Positions 1 to 7,560 of a stretch of DNA of 14,814 nt are shown in pieces. Source of the stretch: Candidatus Hydrogenedentota bacterium (GTDB lineage Bacteria; Hydrogenedentota; Hydrogenedentia; Hydrogenedentales; SLHB01); the NCBI GenBank assembly GCA_029974275.1, contig JARKSN010000257.1, positions 1 to 14,814 of the forward strand. The letters run 5' to 3'. The position numbers and the translations under genes are program-made. Below the pieces are notes generated by a model that ran no database searches, was not told the DNA's origin, and saw only the letters and a program-made list of their open reading frames with translations. The first letter of the stretch is position 1, and every line of letters starts with the position of its first letter.

Positions 1-1806
1 ATCTGCCAAGGACTGCCCAACCGCGTGATCGGAGACAATCCCGACATCCCCGGTTCGCAGCCCGCGTCGTCCTTCGAAGACCTGCTCGAACTCTACCGCT
101 CACGCCGATGCCTGCTGCACGTCACGCGCCAAGACTACGAAGACGGCTACAACCTCGCCATGCTCGAAGCGATGGCCTGTGGCATGCCGGTCGTCGCGCT
201 GGCCAATGCCACATGCCCCATCGAAAACGGCGTGAACGGGCTCGTTGCGTCCGACGTGGCGGGCATGCGCGCACACGTGCAACGCCTGTTCGACGATCAC
301 GCGTTCGCCCAAACCCTCGGCGCACGCGGACGCGACCGCGTCTCCCAAGCATTCCCGATGGACACCTTCATCGCGTCGTGGCGTCAAGTCATCGAAGTCG
401 CCGTCGAATCAAAATCCCATTCATCCCACAACGGGTCCCAGCCGCCCCCCGCCTCCACATTGCGCGACGACGCCCGATTCCAGCCAGGAGGATACTACCG
501 ATCCGAACGGCCTGAACTCGCCGCGCACGTCCCAAAAACCACGAAACGCTTGCTTGACTGCGGCTGCGGAGCAGGCGATTTCGGAGCATTGATGAAACGC
601 TCCGGCGTCCAGGAAGTCATCGGCGTCGAACTGGTTCCCCGCGCATGCGAACTGGCAAAGAACGTCCTCGACGACGCCATCTGCGGCAACATCGAAGAAA
701 TGGAGTTTCCGTTCGAAGACGGCTACTTCGACTGCATCACCTTCGGCGACGTGCTCGAACACCTCGCCGATCCTGCGGCTGTATTGAAAAAAGCGGCGCG
801 CGTCCTCGCCCCGAAAGGCGTGATCATCACCAGCATTCCCAACGTGCGGTTTTTCCAAGTCGTCGCAAACCTTGTCCATGGCCGCTGGCAATACGAGAGC
901 GCGGGCATCCTCGACCGCACGCACCTGCGCTTTTTCACCTCCGTCGAAATGGTGGAACTCGTCCGGCAAGCAGGGCTGGAGATCGTCCAATTATCCCCAT
1001 TGTCCGCCGCCCCGAAAGAAGCCTTGCCGCGAAATCCGGACGGCTCCTTCACGCTCGGACGTCTGACGATTCACCCCATGAACGACCTCGACTACGAGGA
1101 TTTCCTCGTGTACCAATACCTCCTCATCGCAGGCAAGCCCGTCACAGACCGCTTGGCCCGCGCCCAACAAGCGCTTGACGCCCGCGAGAACGAAGCGGCC
1201 TACGCGCTCGCATTCGAGACCGTAGACGGCGATCAAGGAACGCGCGCCGCCATCCTCGCAAAAGCGGCGGCTAGATTAGGAAATCTCTCCGAGGCCATCT
1301 CGTGGTACGAAAAGGCTGTTTGCGCCCAACCCGACGACGCGGAGCTTCTAGGCGACTACGGCATTGTCCTCGTGGCCATGAATCGCGCCGGGCAAGCGCG
1401 GCCCTTGCTCGAGCGCGCGATCGATGCCCTTCCCGAAGAGGGCCGTTTCGCGGGAGCGATGGGACTCGTCTTGGTGACAGAAGGCCGCACCCAAGAGGCA
1501 TTCGCTCAGTTCAAACGCGCGCTCGATCTCAATCTCGATAACGAAAACATCCTGCGCCATCTCATACAGACCGCGTACGAGTTGGGCCGCCCCGAAGAAG
1601 CCGAACCCTTCGCGCGCCGCTTTGCGGATTTCTATCCAGGCAATCTCCCTGCGGGCTGCCAGCATGCCGCCCTCTTGAGCAAACTCGGACGCGAAAAAGA
1701 AGCGCGCAATCGCATCGAAACCATGCTGCTTCTCTCGCCCAACTACGCGCCCGCGCAAAAACTCCTCGACACCCTAGAAGGCCGCTCCCATGAAACCGGC
1801 CCGTGA
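1..1806 (+). CDS. 5'-truncated multidomain protein: C-terminal half of a GT4-type (GT-B) glycosyltransferase + class I SAM-dependent methyltransferase + TPR repeats
   Basis: Frame is open from base 1 (ICQGLPNRVIGDNP...), so the true start lies upstream. GT4 nucleotide-sugar motif DGYNLAMLEAMACGMPVV; MTase motif I LLDCGCGAG, then GVE, FDCITFGDVLEHL and GILDRTHLRFFT; C-terminal TPR-like helices (LGNLSEAISWYEKAV, GRTQEAFAQFKRALDLN). Confidence 0.88.
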   Translation: MCQGLPNRVIGDNPDIPGSQPASSFEDLLELYRSRRCLLHVTRQDYEDGYNLAMLEAMACGMPVVALANATCPIENGVNGLVASDVAGMRAHVQRLFDDHAFAQTLGARGRDRVSQAFPMDTFIASWRQVIEVAVESKSHSSHNGSQPPPASTLRDDARFQPGGYYRSERPELAAHVPKTTKRLLDCGCGAGDFGALMKRSGVQEVIGVELVPRACELAKNVLDDAICGNIEEMEFPFEDGYFDCITFGDVLEHLADPAAVLKKAARVLAPKGVIITSIPNVRFFQVVANLVHGRWQYESAGILDRTHLRFFTSVEMVELVRQAGLEIVQLSPLSAAPKEALPRNPDGSFTLGRLTIHPMNDLDYEDFLVYQYLLIAGKPVTDRLARAQQALDARENEAAYALAFETVDGDQGTRAAILAKAAARLGNLSEAISWYEKAVCAQPDDAELLGDYGIVLVAMNRAGQARPLLERAIDALPEEGRFAGAMGLVLVTEGRTQEAFAQFKRALDLNLDNENILRHLIQTAYELGRPEEAEPFARRFADFYPGNLPAGCQHAALLSKLGREKEARNRIETMLLLSPNYAPAQKLLDTLEGRSHETGP

Positions 1807-3568
1807 ATGGAAGACCGAACTTTCCGGCCACACGCTAACGCCGGACGTCGAACTCATCCCCGGGCGCGAAGGCGACGCGACCCTGCGCGTCAACAACGTC
1901 TATCTGCACAGCCGCTACAACCCACGCGAAGAGGCCAAGCGTTTGGTCGATTCAGCGGAACTCGATCGCAAACGCCCCGTGCTGGCGATTGGATGCGGCT
2001 TAGGCTATCACGTGCTTGAACTCCTGTCGCGCGGCATGACCGTTGTCGTGGTCGAGCCAGTCCCCTCGGTCGCACGCTTGGCGGTCGAAGGCCCCCTCCG
2101 CGATTCCGACGCGCTTCTCGGCGTCGGCGACGTACAGGCCATTGCCCAAACGCCTGCCTTCCGAGCCTACGCGGAACGCGTGCCGCAAATCTTGGTGCAC
2201 CCACCAACCGCACAACTCCACCCCCAATACGTTGCGGAGATGGAGGCCCGTGTCATCGCGCTTGCCGTGACAGACCGCCGTCTAAACATCGCCGTGGTAG
2301 GGCCGATGTATGGCGGTTCGCTGCCAATAGCCCAGTGCCTCGAACGCGCGTTCCGATCGTTGGGCCATCGCACCCTGTATGTCGACAACAGCCACGCGTA
2401 CCCGCTCTACCAAAGCATCGAACAGAGCGTCAAGACCAAAACCGCCGCGCGCCAACTCCGCAGCCTCCTGGTCAACTTCCTCGGCCAGTGGAATTACGCG
2501 CACGTGGCCGAATACGCGCCGGACATTTGCATCGCGCTGGCGCAGGCCCCGGTGGGCCTCGATTTCCCGCTACGCCTCGCCCAAAGCGGCATTATCACGG
2601 CCTTCTGGTACGTCGAAAACTGGCGGCACATGCCATATTGGAAAGAGGTCGCCCCTCGGTACGACACCTTCTTTCACATTCAACCCGGCAACTTCGAACA
2701 ATGCTTGACCGAATGCGGCTGCTCGCACCACGCCTTCGTCCAAACCGGATGCGATCCCTCGGTGCATCGTCCCGTCGAACTTACCCAAGACGAACGCGCG
2801 CAGCTAACATGCGATATTTCATTCGCCGGCGCAGGCTACCCAAACCGCAACACCCTATTCGCCGGGCTCACCGACTACGATTTCAAAATCTTCGGCGTCG
2901 ACTGGAGCGGACGCGAGATACAACGCTTCGTCCAGCATCCCGACAAAAGATTCACCCCCGAAGACTTCGCCAAGATCGTGGCCGCATCGAAAATCAGCCT
3001 CAACCTGCACTCGAGCACATCACACCCCGGCGTGGACCCATTGTGCGACGCGATCAACCCGCGCGTGTTCGAAATCGCGGCCTGTGGCGGGTTCCAGTTG
3101 TGCGATCCGTGCATCGGCCTCGACCGCTATTTCGATTTCGAGAGCGAGTTGCCCGTCTACCGCAATCTCGTGGAATTGCGCGCCAAGATCGACTATTACC
3201 TGGCGCACCCGGAGGAACGCGCGGCCATCGCCTCGCGCGCGCGCGAACGCGTCTTGCAGGAACACACCTATGAACGCCGCGCCCAACAAATCCTCGACAT
3301 CCTTCTCGAACGTCACGGAGCGCGCCTGCTGCGCAAGGGCGTGCGCGCGCAACGGACAATAGGGGAGATGGTCGACCGGGTCGGAAACGACACGGAATTG
3401 GGCCGTTTCCTTGCCAAACTGCCGCCAGACCAGGAATTCCTCCTGGAAAACATCGAATCCCATATCGCCCGCGACTTCGCCAAGCGCACCTTTCCCGAAT
3501 CGATGTTCCACTATCTGGCCGAAATGTACCGAGCCGCCGAGGCAATGTTGGAATCGCGGGGGATGTGA
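1790..3568 (+). CDS. CgeB-family (Glyco_trans_1_2 / DUF3880) glycosyltransferase with N-terminal Maf-like domain
   Basis: 592-aa ORF overlapping the upstream gene by 17 nt. CgeB-type motifs TAFWYVEN, GCDPSVHRP, DISFAGAGYPNR, SKISLNLH, INPRVFEIAACGGFQL and EHTYERRA. N-terminus has YLHSRYNPREEA and IGCGLGYH. Confidence 0.85.
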   Translation: MKPAREWKTELSGHTLTPDVELIPGREGDATLRVNNVYLHSRYNPREEAKRLVDSAELDRKRPVLAIGCGLGYHVLELLSRGMTVVVVEPVPSVARLAVEGPLRDSDALLGVGDVQAIAQTPAFRAYAERVPQILVHPPTAQLHPQYVAEMEARVIALAVTDRRLNIAVVGPMYGGSLPIAQCLERAFRSLGHRTLYVDNSHAYPLYQSIEQSVKTKTAARQLRSLLVNFLGQWNYAHVAEYAPDICIALAQAPVGLDFPLRLAQSGIITAFWYVENWRHMPYWKEVAPRYDTFFHIQPGNFEQCLTECGCSHHAFVQTGCDPSVHRPVELTQDERAQLTCDISFAGAGYPNRNTLFAGLTDYDFKIFGVDWSGREIQRFVQHPDKRFTPEDFAKIVAASKISLNLHSSTSHPGVDPLCDAINPRVFEIAACGGFQLCDPCIGLDRYFDFESELPVYRNLVELRAKIDYYLAHPEERAAIASRARERVLQEHTYERRAQQILDILLERHGARLLRKGVRAQRTIGEMVDRVGNDTELGRFLAKLPPDQEFLLENIESHIARDFAKRTFPESMFHYLAEMYRAAEAMLESRGM

Positions 3569-5259
3569 TGCGTATCCTGGCGCTGCAAATAGCCCGCATG
3601 GGCGACGTCATCCAAACCAGCCCCATGGTGCGCGCACTGCGCGTGCGGCATCCCAACGCACACATCGCCATGATGGTGCGCCCCATGGGCCTCGCCGCCG
3701 CACAGCACAACCCCGACCTGAACGAAGTCCTTGTCTACGACGAAGATGAATTGTTCCTCGATATACGCGTGAAGGATTCAGACCGTCTACTGCAAGCCTA
3801 TCGACGCATGGAACAGTATATCGAGATGATCCGCAACGGACGTTTCGACGCCGTGTACAACTGCACCCATAGTCTGCCATCGGCCATGCTGATTAAACTG
3901 GCAGGAATTCCAACCGTCGTCGGAGCGCATCTCAGCGACGACGGCCAGTTCGTGTTGCGCGGACGCTGGACCACGCACTTCTTCACGAGCGTCTTGCACC
4001 GCGAGTTCAACGACCTCAATCTTTGCGATCTCATGCGGCTGCTTGTCGAAGACGCCCCCCCCGCCCAAGAGCTGGTCTTGCGCCCCAAGGACCAGGACCG
4101 CGCATTCGCCGAGGCCCTCCTGCACGAACACGGGGTGACGCAAGACGCCTTCGTTGCCTGCTTTCAGTTGGGCGCCAGCGAAGAAAACAAGCGCTGGCCC
4201 GTGGCGCAATTCGCCGGACTGGCCCGCTTGCTCGTCGCCCGTCCGAACACGCGCATATTCCTCCTCGGCGTCAAAGACGAAGCCCCCCTCGGCAACGCAT
4301 TCGAGGAATTCGCGCCCGGAATCGCCACGCCGCTGTTCGGCAAAACCACCATCCCCCAAGCGGCGGCCCTGCTGGAACGCGCCGACGTCCTCGTAACCAA
4401 CGACACCGGCACCATGCACATTGCCGCCGCCGCCCAATGCCCTGTCGTCCTTGTATCCGTGGGCTGGGTGCATTTCCGCGAAACCGGCCCCTACGGCGAC
4501 GGACACTTCGCCATCGAGCGCCGCCGCACGCTCCTTGGGCACGCACAAACACGAGAAAGCGCCCCAGAAAACGCAGAGAGCGTCCGCCCTGAACAAGTGC
4601 TGCGCGTGATGGATTGGGCCATGCACTATCGGGCGAATCCTGAGACGCCCCTTATCGCGGAAGACCCTTTGATGGACCAGGTCGATGTCCACATCGCGCG
4701 CTTTGCGCCGGACACATGCCTGGAATGGTATCCAGCGCTTCGACGTCCGCTCGCCGAACGTGACCTGATTCGACTGGCCTACCGCTACATGTGGCTGGAT
4801 TTTCTCTCCGAACTGACGCCCGCACGCGAACAAGAAAGCCTGCGCCGGCTATTGCTCTGCTATTCGCCGGAAAGTGGGGGAGAGGCTCAAGCGCTGGCGG
4901 CCCGGCAACAACCGGCGCTGAAAAACTTGGCTCAGAAGGCCGAAGAAGGCATCGATACGACCAAACGTCTCTTGGCCGCTCTCGACAGGAAAGAGGTCAA
5001 GAAAGCCCAAGAACGAGTGGAACGCCTCATGCGTTTGGACGAAGAAACGCGCATTCTCGGAGAACTGCACGAAATCTGCAAACCCATCGTGCTCACGGCC
5101 CGCTTCGAACGCGACAACCTCGAAGGCGCCAACCCCAACATCCTCGCCCAGACCACCTTGCGCATCTACCAAGACATGCAAGCCCAAACGCGCCTGTTGC
5201 AACAAAAACTGGACACAGTGGAACGGTTTTGGAAAGAAAACCGGGGAAATCTTTCCTAA
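3568..5259 (+). CDS. Glycosyltransferase family 9 (heptosyltransferase-like) with ~200-aa helical C-terminal extension
   Basis: MRILALQIARMGDVIQTSP start, QLGASEENKRWP, LFGKTT and LVTNDTGTMHIAAA are GT9 hallmarks. ATG at 3568 overlaps the upstream TGA (TGATG); GTG at 3565 is an alternative start. Confidence 0.9.
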   Translation: MRILALQIARMGDVIQTSPMVRALRVRHPNAHIAMMVRPMGLAAAQHNPDLNEVLVYDEDELFLDIRVKDSDRLLQAYRRMEQYIEMIRNGRFDAVYNCTHSLPSAMLIKLAGIPTVVGAHLSDDGQFVLRGRWTTHFFTSVLHREFNDLNLCDLMRLLVEDAPPAQELVLRPKDQDRAFAEALLHEHGVTQDAFVACFQLGASEENKRWPVAQFAGLARLLVARPNTRIFLLGVKDEAPLGNAFEEFAPGIATPLFGKTTIPQAAALLERADVLVTNDTGTMHIAAAAQCPVVLVSVGWVHFRETGPYGDGHFAIERRRTLLGHAQTRESAPENAESVRPEQVLRVMDWAMHYRANPETPLIAEDPLMDQVDVHIARFAPDTCLEWYPALRRPLAERDLIRLAYRYMWLDFLSELTPAREQESLRRLLLCYSPESGGEAQALAARQQPALKNLAQKAEEGIDTTKRLLAALDRKEVKKAQERVERLMRLDEETRILGELHEICKPIVLTARFERDNLEGANPNILAQTTLRIYQDMQAQTRLLQQKLDTVERFWKENRGNLS

Positions 5260-5275
5260 AGAAAAACTTCCCCGG
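5233..5275 (-). terminator. Rho-independent terminator downstream of clpX
   Basis: The - strand reads CCGGGGAAGTTTTTCT-TTA-GGAAAGATTTCCCCGG, a long stem with G.U pairs, followed by TTTTCTTT. It begins 11 nt after the clpX stop. Confidence 0.75.
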
Positions 5276-5286
5276 CGGTCTACTTC

Positions 5287-6567
5287 TTACGCCAGCGCAG
5301 AACGGCCCGAACTGCCCATATTTTTCTCGTGGGACTCGTGCTCATAGACCACCAGCGGCTCTTCCTTGTGCTTGATGACGCCGGGGGTAATGACGCATTC
5401 GCGAGCATCCTTGCGCGAGGGTATCTCGTACATGACGTCGAGCATGACGTCTTCGAGGATCGAACGCAATCCGCGCGCGCCGGTGTCCTTGGAACACGCC
5501 AGATCGGCGACCGCCTCAATGGCCTCATCCTGAAAATGCAATTTCACGCCCTCCAATTCGAAGAGCTTCTGATACTGCCGGATGATCGCGTTCTTGGGCT
5601 CGACCAATATCCGGATCAAATCGTCGCGGGTGAGTTCGCTGAGCGTCGCCGTGACAGGGACGCGCCCCGTGAACTCCGGGATCATTCCGAACTTCACGAG
5701 GTCTTCCGGTTCGAGCAACTCCAGCAGTTCGCCGATCCGCCGGTCCTTCTTGGACTGAATATCCGCGTTGAACCCGATGACCGTCTTGTGAGTGCGGCGC
5801 TCGATGATGCGCTCCAAACCGTTGAAAGCGCCGCCGCAAATAAACAAGATATTGGCGGTGTCAACCTGGATGCATTCTTGTTGCGGATGCTTGCGGCCGC
5901 CCTGTGGCGGAACATTTGCGACGGTCCCCTCGAGAATCTTCAACAGGGCCTGCTGCACCCCTTCGCCAGAAACATCGCGCGTAATCGAGGGGCTATCGCT
6001 CTTGCGGGCAATCTTGTCAATCTCATCGATGTAGACAATGCCCATCTCCGCGCGAGAAGCGTCGAAATCAGCTGCCTGCAACAACTTAAGAATGACATTC
6101 TCGACGTCGTCGCCCACGTATCCCGCCTCCGTCAGCGTCGTCGCGTCGACGACTGCGAACGGAACGTCCAACTGACGCGCTAACGTCTGAGCCAGCAACG
6201 TCTTACCACAACCGGACGGCCCAACAAGCAGCACATTCGATTTCTGCAGTTCGACGCCATCGATCTCGCCGCCGGAGGCAATGCGCTTGTAATGATTGTG
6301 AACGGCAACCGAGAGAATGCGCTTGGCATGAGCTTGGCCAATGACATACTGATCGAGAAAGGCATGGATTTCAGCCGGCTTGGGAACGCGCAAACTTTTC
6401 GAGACGCCTTTACGGGCCCGATCCTCGGCCACAATCTCGGCGCACAGTTGTACGCACTCGTCGCAAATGTTCACATCGGGCCCCGCGATGAGTTTGTTGA
6501 CCTCATCGTGACGTTTGCCACAAAACGAACACGTATGGACATCGCGCGGCGTGCGGTGTGACGCCAT
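5287..6567 (-). CDS. clpX: ATP-dependent Clp protease ATP-binding subunit ClpX
   Basis: Zn-binding CSFCG...ICDEC, Walker A GPSGCGKT, pore loop GYVG, Walker [29 protein letters not shown] loop and GARGLRS. Start set at ATG 6567, which has AAGGAGGT 7 nt upstream. Confidence 0.98.
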   Translation of the reverse strand: MASHRTPRDVHTCSFCGKRHDEVNKLIAGPDVNICDECVQLCAEIVAEDRARKGVSKSLRVPKPAEIHAFLDQYVIGQAHAKRILSVAVHNHYKRIASGGEIDGVELQKSNVLLVGPSGCGKTLLAQTLARQLDVPFAVVDATTLTEAGYVGDDVENVILKLLQAADFDASRAEMGIVYIDEIDKIARKSDSPSITRDVSGEGVQQALLKILEGTVANVPPQGGRKHPQQECIQVDTANILFICGGAFNGLERIIERRTHKTVIGFNADIQSKKDRRIGELLELLEPEDLVKFGMIPEFTGRVPVTATLSELTRDDLIRILVEPKNAIIRQYQKLFELEGVKLHFQDEAIEAVADLACSKDTGARGLRSILEDVMLDVMYEIPSRKDARECVITPGVIKHKEEPLVVYEHESHEKNMGSSGRSALA

Positions 6568-6574
6568 AAAGAGC

Positions 6575-6582
6575 ACCTCCTT
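6575..6582 (-). promoter_or_regulatory. Shine-Dalgarno of clpX
   Basis: AAGGAGGT on the - strand, 7 nt before ATG 6567. Confidence 0.85.
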
Positions 6583-6632
6583 CCCCAAACGCCCATCTCT
6601 TGCGCGCAAAAGACGCGCCCAGACTCAATTGA

Positions 6633-6662
6633 TTTATATCATCTTTTTGGGCATTTTGTCAA
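6633..6662 (-). promoter_or_regulatory. sigma70-type promoter for clpX (proximal)
   Basis: TTGACA (6662-6657), an 18-nt spacer ending in TGA (extended -10 TGn), then TATAAA (6638-6633), in an AT-rich patch. Confidence 0.7.
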
Positions 6663-6699
6663 CAATTTTCTCCGGCTATATCAGGGGACCTTTTACTCT

Positions 6700-6728
6700 A
6701 TTATGCCCGTAACGGACAAAACGCGCAA
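6700..6728 (-). promoter_or_regulatory. possible second (distal) sigma70-type promoter for clpX
   Basis: TTGCGC (6728-6723), 17 nt, CATAAT (6705-6700). Confidence 0.4.
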
Positions 6729-6890
6729 GAAAATCCCTGTCCGCAACGATCCTGCCCAAAACCTTGTGTATGCATCGGGTGTTTTCTCATAAAGCGGGGC
6801 ATATCTCGCATCACACCTGCGACGCGCACTCAGAAAAATGCGAGGTAGGATTCGGAAGTTCCGGCGCGTCTAACCCTAGGGGGACTAAAG

Positions 6891-7559
6891 CTATACAGCG
6901 GCTTCGCGCCGCATCACCTCATCGATGAGACCGTACGCCTTAGCCTCATCCGCTCCCATGAAGAAATCGCGGTCACTATCACGGCGAATGACCTCAATGG
7001 GTTGCCCCGTGTGTTTGACCAAAATCTCATCCAGCATCTCGCCAATGCGCACAATCTCTCGGGCCTGAATCTCGATATCCGAAGCCTGACCCTGGATTCC
7101 TCCCATGGGCTGATGGAGCAAAAAACGAGCATAGGGGAGGGCAAAGCGTTTCCCCTTGGCGCCCGCGCACATGAGCACAGCCGCCATGCTTGCCGCCTGA
7201 CCAATGCAAATCGTAGACACTGTTGACTTTATGAATTGCATCGTGTCGTAGATGGCCAATCCGGCCGTCACGCTGCCGCCCGGAGAGTTGATGTACAGGC
7301 TGATGTCCTTGTCGGGATCTTCCGCCTCCAGAAAAAGCAACTGCGCAATGACGTAGTTGGCCACATCGTCATTGATGGGATATCCCAAAAACACGATTCG
7401 ATCTGCAAGCAAGCGCGAAAAAATGTCGTACGGACGTTCCCCGCGGCTTGTCTGCTCATAGATGGTGACAGCCTGCACGTCATGGCCCAACGCGGCCCGT
7501 CCCTGCGGAATCGGCGCGCCTCCATGCTTTTCGTGAAACTGGCGAAATTCCTGAACCAC
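6891..7559 (-). CDS. clpP: ATP-dependent Clp protease proteolytic subunit ClpP
   Basis: [26 protein letters not shown], catalytic Ser in GQAASMAA, His in LHQP and Asp in DRD. The GTG start 1 nt after the tig stop is uncertain; a later GTG (VQAVT) is possible. Confidence 0.97.
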   Translation of the reverse strand: MVQEFRQFHEKHGGAPIPQGRAALGHDVQAVTIYEQTSRGERPYDIFSRLLADRIVFLGYPINDDVANYVIAQLLFLEAEDPDKDISLYINSPGGSVTAGLAIYDTMQFIKSTVSTICIGQAASMAAVLMCAGAKGKRFALPYARFLLHQPMGGIQGQASDIEIQAREIVRIGEMLDEILVKHTGQPIEVIRRDSDRDFFMGADEAKAYGLIDEVMRREAAV

Positions 7560-7560
7560 C

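Noticed and set aside
2335..3273. 312-aa alternative-frame ORF in the CgeB gene
   Set aside because: Arg-rich shadow ORF produced by codon bias.
5329..6183. 284-aa antisense ORF in clpX (likewise 7564-8247 in tig, 9565-10629 in pdxA and 3787-4833 in GT9)
   Set aside because: These are antisense mirror frames of conserved GC-rich genes with no recognisable motifs.
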